Part shown: piece after piece, positions 24,528-37,308 of the stretch | Position numbering within the stretch: the stretch's first letter is position 1 | Layout: each line of letters starts with the position of its first letter | Assembly (NCBI RefSeq): GCF_018350175.1 | Contig: NC_058374.1 | Location: forward strand, 126,976,001 to 127,040,000 | DNA length: 64,000 bases | Source: Felis catus | Taxonomy: Eukaryota | Reading direction: 5' to 3' | The notes under the pieces: generated by a model | What the model saw: only the letters and a program-made list of their open reading frames with translations | What the model was told of the DNA's origin: nothing | Databases searched by the model: none | Made by a program: the position numbers and the translations under genes

Positions 24528-25539
24528 TAGCTTACATTTTTTTTTTTTTTTAATGAATGGCTAAGATGGGAGAAAGATGAAGAGTGGACAGAGGATGCAT
24601 GGAGGCGAGCTTCCAACTTCCTACATTATCTCAATATGTTGATAAGGAAGCAAAGAGTCAGCCTAGGCGGGATGCTGTCAACACAGTGCTGAGGGGTCAG
24701 GAAATCCAGCCACGTGCCCTGCTCAGCCACACCAAGGGGCTGGATAAGATCTTGAGGCTTGGACAGAAACGAAGAAGGATCAAGTGGGTATCAAGGGTCC
24801 AGGAAAGCCAGAGGTCAAATTTGAGACACCCACTGAGCCAGAAAAGACCCCCAGGCAGCACTCTGAGTCCAGGAGATCTGAGAGGCAAAGAATGGTATGG
24901 GGCAACGTGTTGATCTGGGTCTGGTGGCAGCCTGAGCAGGGTGCCATTCTCTGCCTCTGTCATATCTCCCACTGACTATGGACGAATCTGGGTGTTTGAT
25001 GGTTATTCTATCCAGAACACCAGCAATGAGTCCTGACCTCCTGGAGGCAACAAATGAGGCATCAGAGTTACCTCCCAGAGGACTCAACTGTCCCCCTTCT
25101 CATGATGTACAAGCCCCTCAGCAAGGCACTCAAGCCCATCCATGATCCAGTCTCCACCTACCTTCCTTGTCACCACCTCACTGTGATTTTCAGTCCAGCG
25201 CCCCAGCTGATTACAGTCCCTACAGTGCACCAGGAGTTTCCTTGCCTCTATGCCTTGGCTTTTGCTGCTTTGTCTGGTTTGCCCTTCTCTCCTTCACCCC
25301 TAATCCGGTTCACCTAGTGAATATCAGCTCATCTATGAAACCTTTCCTGACACACCACCCAGGTGGGGAATATCCCGAGTCTATTTGTGTCATCTGTGTA
25401 GCATGTATGGACTTTTTATAGCACCTGTGACACTCATGAGCATGTGTACCTATCCCATTAGATTATGAGTTTCTCATAACGTCTCAGGACAGGGTCTGTG
25501 TCTTACTTTTCATTGTAATCCAATCTGGCAGATTATATG

Positions 25540-25627
25540 GGAAGGAAGGAAGGGAGGGAGGGAGGGAGGGAGGGAGGGAGGGAGGAAGGAAGGAAGGAAG
25601 GAAGGAAGGAAGGAAGGAAGGAAGGGA
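25540..25627. repeat. (GGGA)n(GGAA)n polypurine microsatellite
   Basis: Directly visible. Confidence 0.95.
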
Positions 25628-26559
25628 TAGATGAATAGAAATTAAGCTCCACAAGAGCTGCTACTTTGTTTTGTTTCCTGCTAAATCTCCATTGCTTAGC
25701 ACAATGTGTAGCACATAGTAGATACTAAAAAAAAAAAGCTTAATTAATTAACTACCCTTTGATTAAATGATGATTCATTACATAAACAGAAGTTCGAATG
25801 GATGGATAAATGGATGGTTGAGCAGATAGATTGGTGGATGAATTTGCATTATAAGTACTCAAGAGCAAGATGCACCTTGATGTAAGACAAGAGAGTCTCC
25901 ATTGTCCATAAAGCTGTCTCCTCATTATTTTACTCTGGCCTGTTGCCACGTGTTTACTGAAACATCAGAGACCAGTTTTTAACTCAAAACACTCTAACAC
26001 TCAACTTCCCTGTCAGTCACACCCAGAGCTGAGGTTTATCACTACCATGTGACTCAATACCCATTAGTATCACTGCTGTATAGTGAGCAAGGGAGATGTT
26101 TTTCAGAGAACTTCCAGAAAGCCACAGTCCATGTCCTGGGAACCAGATGATCTCTAAAATCTGACCTCTGTCATTTGCACAGCTACCCAAGACCTAGCTG
26201 GAGGTCTAAAATGCCCCTTAGGAGGAGTCAGGGACTCCTGGGCTTGCTCACAAGCCCTGCAGGGACCCAGGCGCTCATCCCTACAGAGACAAGGACACTG
26301 GGAAGATGAGTCTCCTCCTTCTAAGCCCCTATGAGATGCATGTAGCTCAGGACTCTATAGGAGAAGTTGCAAGGATAATGCGATAAAGGGAGAACGCTGG
26401 GAGAGGAGGGAGGACAAAGGGGGCATCCAACAATCTTGTAAGGATATTTAATAATGCTCCCTAGGGACAGGGAAGAAGAAACACGGGGGGAAAGCTATAA
26501 GTCACCATGGGGCTTACATGATGAGGCTTTGCTTCATGGGAGGTGAGGAGAGACAGCAA

Positions 26560-27425
26560 GAAAGCCTGGCCAGCATCTCCTCTGGGGTGTCTAGCAGATA
26601 TCTCAAATTGAACAAAACTGAACTCTTGGTCTTCTCCATAAGCCTGCCCCTCCCACGATGTTCCCATTTTGGTAAATGGCAAATCCATCCATTCAATTGT
26701 ATAGACCAAAAACCCTGGAGCTGTTCTCAGCTGCTCTCTTTTTCTGACACCCTGCACCCGATTAGCAACTCCACTGGCTTTACCTTCACATTGTGTGGAG
26801 AATCACTTTTGCACCATCTTCACTGTTACCACTGTGGTTCTGCCCTGGCCTTTCCCTACAACCTGTTCTCCACCCACCAGCCCTCCAGAAAGGTCAGGGC
26901 ACATCGCTTCTCTACTCAGAATCCTCCAGTGGCTCCCATCCTCCTCAGAGTAAAAACCAGAGTCTAGAGTCGCCCACGAGGCTCAACCCAAACTGCCCTC
27001 AGCACTTCTCTGGCTCGATTGCCTACTACTTCCTCACCTTCTGTTCCTTCCTCCAGCAAGAAAAGCTCACCCCTCTTGAGGTCTTTCCCCTTATGATCCC
27101 CTCTGCTGGCTTGCTCTTCCCCCAAGATATCAGCCTGGCTCCCATGCTCACTTCCTTCGTGTCTGTCTTCAAATGCCCCCTTCTTAGTAGGACAGACCTG
27201 CTCCTGGACCCAGCATTCCCCATCCTCCCGCTTTGCTCTTCTCCATGGCACTTACCAGCCAACCAGCTACATATCCTACTTACGCGTATTTGGAACACAC
27301 GTACCAAGACAGCAAGGGCTTCCCGTATTTTGGTACGGGATTCCTAGCACCCAGAAGTGCACCCCAGCATCTAGTGGGTGCTGAACCAGTACTCGCTGAA
27401 CGAATGGATGAATTAATGAATGGGC
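26560..27425 (+). mobile_element. LINE-2 3' fragment
   Basis: tctcaaattgaacaaaactgaactcttggtcttc...cagaatcctccagtggctcccatc...gaatggatgaattaatgaatg tail. Confidence 0.75.
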
Positions 27426-28199
27426 AGAATAGTTTGCTTTTGTTTCTTCACAGTCCTGTAACAAGTTGATTTTCTTATTTATGCTCTTAGTGTCGCCTCA
27501 CTGTCTTGGCGTGCCTCGTACCACACACAGTGCCTTAATGACAGCATGGCTGCCTCTGTGCCCTGCTCTCAAGGCTGACACCCCCAAACTCAGATTCTAA
27601 TTAGCTCCCTTGTTCCTGAGCTGACTGCTAGGGAAAGCTGGCTCATATGGGGAGGGCAGGCTATGGTGTCACCTTGGGCCACTTCCTCCTTTGTGACCCT
27701 ACCTTGTCCCTGCCTCTCTCTGCCTCAGCATGCAGCAGGTACACCAGCTACAATAAGCTGTGGTTTCATCATTTCTCAGGATCTCCCTCTCTGGACTGGG
27801 AACTCCCTAAGAACAGGGCCTGTAGCTTTTTTGAGTCTTAGGATCTCAAAAGTGACATTTGAATTGGGCCTTGAAGGATGAATGTGAACTTGCTGGGCAC
27901 TTAGCAGAAATGGCAATAACTAGGTCTAGGTCTGATCCTGAGGACCAGGAAGAAATGGAGACAGTTGGTGCAGACCACTCTTTCTAGGATTTTGTCTGTG
28001 AAAGGGAAGAGAGAGAAACACGGTAGCTGGAAGGTAAAGGTTTAGTTTTTAAATCTAGACCCTTTGTAACCCAGGGCCCTCCGTCCCTGTCTCCCAGTCC
28101 CTCCTCCTGCACACTCTGTTTCCATCTTGTTCCCTCTTCTCCAGCCAGTTACTTGCAGAACACATGCCTCTGGGCCTTTGTTATTCCTTGGAATGTCCT

Positions 28200-28236
28200 T
28201 ATCATCATCATCATCATTATCATCATCATCATCATC
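28200..28236. repeat. (ATC)n microsatellite
   Basis: Directly visible. Confidence 0.95.
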
Positions 28237-31200
28237 GTGAGCTATTATAGTGAGCTATTTACTGAGCTATTTATATGGCCAAGATTCACATGTGTTTACT
28301 TATTTGATCACCCAGTGGCCCTATGAGGATTGCACTATGACCATGCCTGTGTTATTCACAAGGAAACTGAGGTACAGGGAGGCTTGGGTGACATTGCTGT
28401 AAAGTGGCCGAGCTTCAATTCAACCTAAGTATTCATTTGGGCTCCAGATTCCACAGTCTCACTCCACAGCTATAGGGTGTCTACTTCCCCAAGTCCCAGC
28501 CCCCATGTTAAGCTACCCTGGGAAACTTCCCTGAAACTCCTGGTCCAATGTGTGCTCACCTCACTGTGCTCCCTAGTGAGACCTCATACACGCCTCTGCC
28601 CTAATCCATCCCTCATAGTGTTTCCGTGGGTGCTGGGTCTGTCTCTCCTGCCAACCGGGAGCCTTTGAGGGCAGAAATGTGTCCTGTTGTCCTTGTGGGG
28701 CTCAACGTTTGTGGTTTATCCCTAAGTATCTTCGTGTTCTTTCAAGGTCAGCATGTTTATTCCATTTAAGTACTTCAGGCTCCATTTATGGGCATGTTAT
28801 TGAACCCGTTTCTGAAAATTCTCCATCTTTGTGTTTTCTACCTCGTATTTCTTTTGATGGTTTGACTTCAGAAGTCCTAAGAATTTTCCCTTTGAATGTA
28901 ATTCATTATGAAGGAAAAATGAACCATGGTCTGGGTTTATTCTAATTGGAGTATGGCATGCCTGTCACACATGAATGGGTTCGCCAAGCCAGCCCTGAAT
29001 TTGTTTCCCACTGCCAAGTATCTTAAAGGAAAAAGGGGTTTTCAAGCCAGTTGTGCAAATATTTTTAAAAATCTGATAACTTCCTATCTTGCTCCTTAAT
29101 AAGTTTAACGGTAAAAGAAAGCCTTCTGGCATCATGTTATTGAATTCCTAAATCTTTAGCTTCGAAGAACTTCACTTGGATTATTAGCAAACATTCATCG
29201 ACCCCCTTTTCTGTGCCAGGTTGTCCATATATATTATCCCATTATGGCCTCCCAGCCATGCTAGGCAGTAGATAGCATCAGACTGCTTACAGAGGAAGAA
29301 ACAGAAGCTCAGAAGAGCCAAGTCGCAAGCCCTGTGCCACACAGCTGGGGTTGGGCACCACAGAAATCTGAACCTGGCCAGGTCTCGCTGGTACCCGTTC
29401 AAGGGTTGGTCTGCTGAATGCCAGCTGCTTCCTTCCTGTTTCTTAAAGCTGGTCCTGGTGCCAGGACCCTCCACTTTAAATTCTGGGTATAACTGAGCAG
29501 CAAACAAGGTCTAGCTTGGCAGGCGAGGCTTGGAGAGTTTGTTCTCTCCTCTTGCAGCCAGACAGACAAAGCAGAACCCAAGCCTGTGTACTGAGTGCCA
29601 AGACGTGCATAATCTCCTTGAACTCCTCCATCACTGTCGTCACCATCGTCATTGAGGGGAGAATGGCTGAGGGCTGGTGGCTGTCTTATTTGGTGTTCTC
29701 TTGGTGGGTAAATGGAATCCAGATCCAATAATAGAATGGAACTTGGAGAAAAGCTGAGAGGAGAGAAGGGATGGGGGGAGGGGACTTTATATTTGCTGAG
29801 GGGCTTTCCTAAGCATATAGGAAGGTAGGCATGTAGGGAGGCAGAAATGCAGCCCTGATTGTCCCCATCGGAGACAGAATGCCCATGTGGTTGGCCCAGA
29901 GGAGGAGTTCTCATATTTTATGTTCTAAGCAACCTAACCAAAAGGTTGTCTGCCTCCAGTCCCACAAGATTTTGGAAAGATGATCCTCAAGACTGTTTGA
30001 ATCCAGACATTAAATAAACAAAACTGCACATTTGTGGGAACAGGGTATTTAGCAGGAGCTTACTATAGGCCAGAGGCTTTAAGGATACGTATTATCTTGT
30101 GTAATCACTGCAATAAACCAATGAAGCAGATATTTTAACCCCTCTTTGCAGACATGGAATCTGGGGACCTGGGAAGTTCTTTGTCCAGGTTGCACAGAGG
30201 CTGCTGTGGGATTGGAGCTCATGGTTGTTCCAGACCACGGCACCCCACCTACAGCCAGTCCCAAAGCAGAGAGACCTGGTTGTAGCTGGGAGGATGGACA
30301 TTCAAAGGCCATCATCTTTTAGGACCCACAGACCCCTTTGAGAAAGTGAACAAACTTCTCCCCTTAGACAAATGTACAACCCACCCCAAGGTAAGAGAAT
30401 TTTAGGGAGACCATGACCCCTTCACACTCATTGTTGACCATAGCTGATGATCACCTGCTCCCCAAGGAGGTTATTCCCTCCAGATCCAGAGAAGTCATGT
30501 TTGAATGTTGGTTCCCCTGTCTTTGAACTTGAGTCTCAAGCACCAGGCTGTGGCTATCCTTGGCTCCAATAATGGAAATTGATGAGTAGTCCAAAGCTCT
30601 GGCCTGTACTAACTAAAATAACACTAAAATAACATGCTAGGACCTTCCTATTGACTCAGTTCATTTTTATGCAAAAAACAAATAATTCCAGTTTATGTAT
30701 ATATCCCAGAGTCCTCCGAAAGAAAGAAAACCCTGGTGTATGATCTTTGCATAATAGATCATTATCGATTTATTAAATCTTAGTAATCTAGGTTTCAAAG
30801 CTTCTTTGAATAATTCTATTTTCACATGTAAATTTGATAACCCTCAAAAAAAAAGGAGGAAAAATTCCAAGGGAAATTACTTATTCTTATTATAAAGCCT
30901 AAAGTAGTCCAAAGCTGGGTTTATACACATTAACTGTGATTTTTATCACAGTTAACATATGTTGACCCCCTATTATTTGCTCAGCACATGCAAAATGCTT
31001 TAATACACATTATCCCATTTCATTGCTTGCCCACAGCAGCCCCTTGAGGGAGGCAAGGCCATCATTATGACCTCTACGTCACAGAAGAGAAAACTGAGGT
31101 CCAGAGAGGCTCTGTGACCTGGCCAAAGTTAAACACCGATAGGTAGTGGCAGAGCCAGGACTGAAGTTCTTTGGGTTCCAGACCACCCTAGTTGCTTATA

Positions 31201-31872
31201 CCTCAAGCAGTGTGTGAAGCAATGTTTCACATGGATGTTTGAAATGAGAACTTGCTGCCTATAATGCAGATTCCAAGAAAGCAATCCTCTGAGTGCATGT
31301 AAGTGTCACTTGTACTATAAATTAGGAAACTTTTGTCCTCCCTGACATTCAGGGCTCACTTGTGGAGATGGGTCACCTTTGTCGTGAAGCCCTCTGACCA
31401 CCACCTCATCCCCTGGAACCTTGAGCTACTTACCACACTAGGTCATGATCATCTGCAGTGAGCTCTCCACAGGTAGTAGTGTTCTGATAAGAGTCAGGGA
31501 CACTGGGGACATCCGATGAGGGATTGGACCAACATTCATTGCCATGGCAACGGCTACTCAACTTGGCCTCTGACCAAATGTCTCAGCAGGTGAGCAAGCA
31601 GGAAGAAGCGAGGATGACTCAGGGCATCCCAGCCTGGGGTGAACAGGAAGATGACTCATCTATTGAGGGAAGGGAGACAGGCAGGAGGCCCGCCTTGGAT
31701 GTTGGGCATCTCCGTGAAGGTCTTATCTTCCCTGCAAGGCTGAGAGTTTCTGAACTGCAGGGATCAGCTCTCCATCACGTCTCCATCCCACATGGAGCTC
31801 CGCACAGGACTAAGGAGTGCCCAGTGAATCTGTATTGTCCACTTAATGCCGAGTTGTGTCCTACGACAGTCC

Positions 31873-32062
31873 ACGGTGTTTTCCAAACTGCTCATCGTGG
31901 CCCATTAGCGAGTCATGAGATCATTTTGGGGGCTGCAGACCAGCATTTTTATTAATAAGATAGAAGAGAAGTGAAAAGGGAAAAAATGACAGTGCGTCCT
32001 ACGTAGTAAGGATCATGAGGTTTTTTTTTTTTTTCATGGAAAACATGCAAAGTATGTATGGG

Positions 32063-32107
<45 letters not shown>

Positions 32108-32165
32108 CACTGGGCTGTGATACAAAAGTTTTTTTTATCCTGAGTCACAATCAAATGTCTGAAAA
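31873..32165. mobile_element. hAT-Charlie-type DNA transposon relic containing (TG)n at 32063-32104
   Basis: cggtgttttccaaactg...gcccattagcgagtcatgag start; similar to the element starting at 58500. Confidence 0.5.
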
Positions 32166-33935
32166 ATAACAGAAAAATTTTAGAAAGACACTTATTTGAT
32201 CAGTTTCCTGATTGTAAGAATATTACCCATGACCGTTTATTTTCATTGTTCATCCACTTCTTTGGGATTCATCCAAAAATCACCTACTGGCATGGCCTTC
32301 TCCGCTGTGTCATCCTGTTAGGTGTGAATGGGAAACACCCAGGAACAAGTGACTGGCTCAGTGTGTCTAGAGTCACTAATTGGGCAACACGGGTCAGAAC
32401 TGGTGTGTGACTGGTACCACCTCATACCTGCCCATCTGCAAAGCAGGAGTCTTTTGTTTGCTGAGCCTTTGTAGTTCAAGCAGGGTGAGCAGTGGGCTTG
32501 AACTGCTGACCTCTGCATTCTGTCTGTCTCCACTCCCCCTACCAGTTGGCTTAAGTCCCTCAGCACCTGTATATTATCACTTGTATCGTTCCCATGTTAT
32601 TTTCCCATTGGCAGTCTTGTCTCCTTGGTTAGTTTATGCACTATTCGAATATGTCTTCTGCTGCTTTTGTAGCTCCAAAATGCAACCCTCTAACGGGGTT
32701 GGGAGTAGAGTAGGCACTCAATAAATGCTTCCTATTTATTGACAACTCCTCATTGTTCAGATCCCTGCTAAGACACCCCTTGATTCCTCCTACAGTAGAG
32801 CATGTACTATACGGCTTCATGGTTATGTGCGTTAACGGTCTTCTCCTTCGCTTAGACTATGAGCCCACCGAGAACAGAGAGTGTGTGTATTCTATCCATC
32901 ACCGAATCCTCAATCCCTAGCACAGCACAATACCTGCCTGCCTTGCCCATTGTGTCCTCAATGATCTGCACTTGGTAGTTGTATCTATTAGTTATCACCA
33001 AAACAATGCTGAGTAAAAAAACCCCACACTGCCTCAAAGGCATACCAAATACATGTTTGTTTTTGTGGAGGAGCTTGAAGCTACAGGGAGGTACTAGATC
33101 TGTTCCATGTGTCTTCTCACCACCCTTCGATTAGCAGACTAGCAAGGGAATGTTCCACTCACGATGATGGTGGAGGTACAAGAGAGCAAGTTTGGCCATA
33201 CAAGCACTTTCAGGCCTTCGGTTCCATCATGTCCATTCATATACTTTCTGCCAAAGTAAGTCAGTTCGTCAAGCCCAAAGTCAAGGAGCAAGAAAGCATG
33301 CTTTGCATAGGAACTTTTGGGTGGTGAAGGGAGAAGTGAATATTTCTAAATAAGAAACCGAATTAAGTTCTCAAGCTCTTGCTAAATGCTCATGGAACGG
33401 AAAAGAAGGGAAGAAATTATTCGATTCCAGGGATTTCCCATAGGTTTTCACCATAAAGTTATAAATGTCCATGGGGACTCTCCTACCTCCTGACATGTAT
33501 CTCCACAGAGAAAGCCAGAGTTTTGTCTAGCAAATAACAGCCCAACCACCCAGAGTTAAGTTTTCTGGGCAAATAGCGACTGCCAGCAGGCTGCTCAGGG
33601 ACGCTCAGGGATGGCAGCCGCCTCTGGGAGGGAGAATGGGACAGTGACTGCTGGCTTCTCAAAAGGCATCTCTGAGTGGATAGAAGCCAGGCTGGAGGGG
33701 GAAAGAGTGTTCTGTTTTGTGTCCCCTAGCAATGTGTGCACGCAGATGAATACCCACACGTTTGTTAAAATCAGCAGGTCAGGATTCTCAGGAAATGTTT
33801 TAAAATAACTAGTCATCACTTCTAAAAGGAGTTCAGAGCCCTGGTCCCCGTGTTGGCTTTGCGGTACCAACTCTGGTGTGGTTTGAGCTTGTGCAAGGCT
33901 TTCGCGCGCCCCTCCTCTGCTTAACTGAAAAATGA

Positions 33936-34217
<282 letters not shown>

Positions 34218-34366
34218 TGAGCACATGCTGTGTGCACAAAACGGTACCATGATAGCCGTGGGGAAGGCAAGGGCTCGAGTCAGACAGGCCTGGTAAATTT
34301 CCTGGCTTTGTCACTGTCGTAAGTTTTCTGAGCCTCAGTTTCCTTTTCTATAAAATAAAGAAAATA

Positions 34367-34616
34367 GGGGTGCCTGGGTGTCTCAGTCAGTTAAGTGTCT
34401 GACTCTTGATTTCAGCTCAGGTTGTGATCTCAGTTTGTGAGTTTGAGCCCCACATCAGGTTCTGCACTGACAGCCCGGAGCCTGCTTAGGATTCTCTCTC
34501 TGTCTCTCTCAACACCCCCCCCCCCCCGCTCCACCTCTCCCTCTCTCTCTGCCCCTCCCCTGCTGGTACTCTCCCTCTCAAAAATAAATAAACTTAGAAA
34601 AATTTTTAATAAAAAG
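34367..34616 (+). mobile_element. CAN-SINE inserted in a MIR
   Basis: TSD taaaataaagaaaa at 34351 and 34617; MIR core (agcctcagtttcc...ctataaaat) on the left and continuing on the right. Confidence 0.93.
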
Positions 34617-34789
34617 TAAAATAAAGAAAAAATAGTACCTAACTTAAAGTATAGTATAGTTGTGATGATTCAATGAGCTAATGCCCATAAGAGAGGGTTT
34701 GCCATGGTGGCTGGCACACAGTAAATGGTCTATAAAGGGTGGCTGGTCACTGTCGATTTCCAGTGAGATCCATTTAAAGCGTACGTCCG

Positions 34790-35007
34790 GGGGATGCCTG
34801 GGTGACTCAGTCGGATAAGCGGCTGACTTCGGCTTAGGTCATGATCTCGTGGTTCACTGGTTTGAGCTTTGCATCAGGCTGTCTGCTGTCAGCGCAGAGC
34901 CCTCTTCAGATCCTCTGTCTCCCTCTCTCTCTCTGCCCCCCCGCCACACACATACACTCTCTCTCTCTCTCTCTCAAAGATAAATAAACGTTAAAAAAAG
35001 AAATTTA
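34790..35007 (+). mobile_element. CAN-SINE (host of nested SINE)
   Basis: SINE head and body; its tail is split by the element at 35008. Confidence 0.92.
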
Positions 35008-35227
35008 GGGGCACCTGGGTGGCGCAGTCGGTTAAGCGTCCGACTTCAGCCAGGTCACGATCTCGCGGTCCGTGAGTTCAAGCCCCGCGTCAGGCTCTGG
35101 GCTGATGGCTCAGAGCCTGGAGCCTGTTTCCGATTCTGTGTCTCCCTCTCTCTCTGCCCCTCCCCCGCTCATGCTCTGTCTCTCTCTGTCCCAAAAATAA
35201 ATAAACATTGAAAAAAAAATTTTTTTT
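35008..35227 (+). mobile_element. Young SINEC_Fc1-like SINE nested in the previous SINE's tail
   Basis: TSD aaaagaaattta at 34996-35007 and 35228-35239. Confidence 0.95.
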
Positions 35228-36666
35228 AAAAGAAATTTAAAAAATGTTTATACAAAGCATATGTCAGATCACATCTTTCCTCTGTTCAGAATCTTCCACT
35301 GACTTTCCATCAGACCCATAGGAAAAGTTAAAGTAAGCCCTTACAATTGCTTCCGAGCCACGCCACATATCCCTTCTATTCATCCACTCTCCCCCAAGGC
35401 CCACCCCAGCCATCCTGGCCCCTTGTTTTCCCGTGAATATAGCAGGCATGCCTCAGGACCTTTGCACTTACTATTCCCTCTTCCTCGACCACTCCCCCAC
35501 CAGATAGCCATATGGCTAACTCCCTCATTACCTTCAAGTCTCACACAAAATTATGATACCCTGAAGACCCTTATCCTCCTGTATTTTTTGTTTTTTAACA
35601 AAAGTTTCACTGAGATAAGTTTGCCTCTTGAAAGTGTGCAATTCAGTGGGTTTTAATAACTCACTAAGGTATACCAACCATCACGACAATCAGTTTTAGA
35701 ACATCAGTGTTTATCACCCCAACAAGAAACTTGATAACCATTAGCAACCATTGCCTTCTCCCTCCACCTAGCCACACTCTATATTTTTACTCATTTCCTT
35801 TTTTAAAATTATTTATCTCTGAATATATTCTTACAGAGAGTAAGTTGAGATATTTATTTTGTTCACTGATGTAATCCCAATGCCAAGAATACTGCCCGGC
35901 ACATAGTACGCCTTCAAGAAATATGAAGGAGGAGGGATGGAGGGAAAGAGAGGAAGAGAGAGGGAGGGAGGGAGAGAGAGGGAGGGAGGGAGAGAGAGGA
36001 GCAGAAAGGCAGAGAGAAGGGAGGGATTGTCAGGAAGGTTGAGTGTCTCCAGTTTGAGCAGTGATCTGCCATGTTTATGCACCCTCTAATTCAGGGCTGT
36101 GCTCTTTGAGTCCGGCCATTCAGAACAAAATAATAAAACTGTATTTACTTACGATTCCGTTGATTGCCAAATTACTTGACTGTTGTGTTCCTGATGGGAC
36201 CAGAGCATTGATCTCAGAAATGCTGGATTATGTCGAAGTATGAGTTGGTGTGAAATTCTAGACAGTTCTGAACCATGAAAGATTCAGGGTCCAGAAGGCA
36301 ACTTGCACCTCTTCCCAAAGGAATTCCTGTATACACAGGGCAGGCACATAGCTTGCCCCTCCAGAAAGAGAAGTCGTAGCTGATTGAAGCCGTTGTGAGC
36401 CCTGTGGTCATTAGGGAGCTGATTTCCTTGCACCTGAATTTGGAAATTGTGCTTGATTCTTATCAGACCCAGAAGTCACAAGATGCCACCAGTCACAGGG
36501 TCTCCAGCTACCAGTTGGCTATTGTTCTTAAACTTCTGGGTGCCCCGGACCCTTTTGACAGTCTGGTGAAGCCTGTGGACCCTGCCTCAGAATAATATTT
36601 TTAAATGCATGAAATAAGTGGACACATTTACAAAGGAGGCTGATTATATTAAAATTCAGCTACTGA

Positions 36667-36880
36667 GGGGTGCCTGAGTGGCTCAGTCGGTTAAGCAGCC
36701 GACTTCAGCTCAGGTCGTGATCTCACAGCTCGTGAGTTCAAGCCCCACATCAGGCTCTGTGCTGACAGCTCAGAGCCTGGAGCCTGCTCCAGATTCTGTG
36801 TCTCCCTCTCTCTCTCTGCCCCTCCCCTGCTCATGCTCTGTCTCTCTTCTCAAAATAATAAACATTAAAAATGAATAAAT
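36667..36880 (+). mobile_element. CAN-SINE
   Basis: TSD aaaattcagct(a/c)ct at 36651 and 36881. Confidence 0.95.
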
Positions 36881-37066
36881 AAAATTCAGCTCCTAAATCT
36901 TTTTAATCAAAATTGCGATGTAGTCATTCTGCACTTTTATTAGCACATTATGTAACAGGATCTAACAACAGTTTTGATGACTCCATTATTTTGAAGCAGT
37001 GATGTGTGCGAATGATATTTTGAAATCTTCAATAATTGGAAAGGTATAAGAAAGTGTCTGCATTTT

Positions 37067-37308
37067 TTTTTTTAATTTTTTTTTTCAATGTTTATTTATT
37101 TTTGGGACAGAGAGAGACAAAGCATGAACCGGGGAGGGTCAGAGAGAGAGGGAGACACAGAATTGGAAACAGGCTCCAGGCTCTGAGCCATCAGCCCAGA
37201 GCCCGACGCGGGGCTCGAACTCACGGACCGCGAGATCGTGACCTGGACCGCGAGATCGTGACCTGGCTGAAGTCGGACGCTTAACCGACTGCGCCACCCA
37301 GGCGCCCC
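37067..37308 (-). mobile_element. Young SINEC_Fc1-like SINE with internal 20-bp duplication
   Basis: TSD agaaagtgtctgcatttt at 37049-37066 and 37309-37326. Confidence 0.96.

Noticed and set aside
26518-27347. Overlapping 149- and 184-aa ORFs
   Set aside because: Lie within a decayed LINE-2.
28237-28273. Triplicated tgagctatt(ta) resembling MEF2 sites
   Set aside because: Does not fit YTA(W)4TAR; looks like slippage at a MIR edge next to an (ATC)n repeat.
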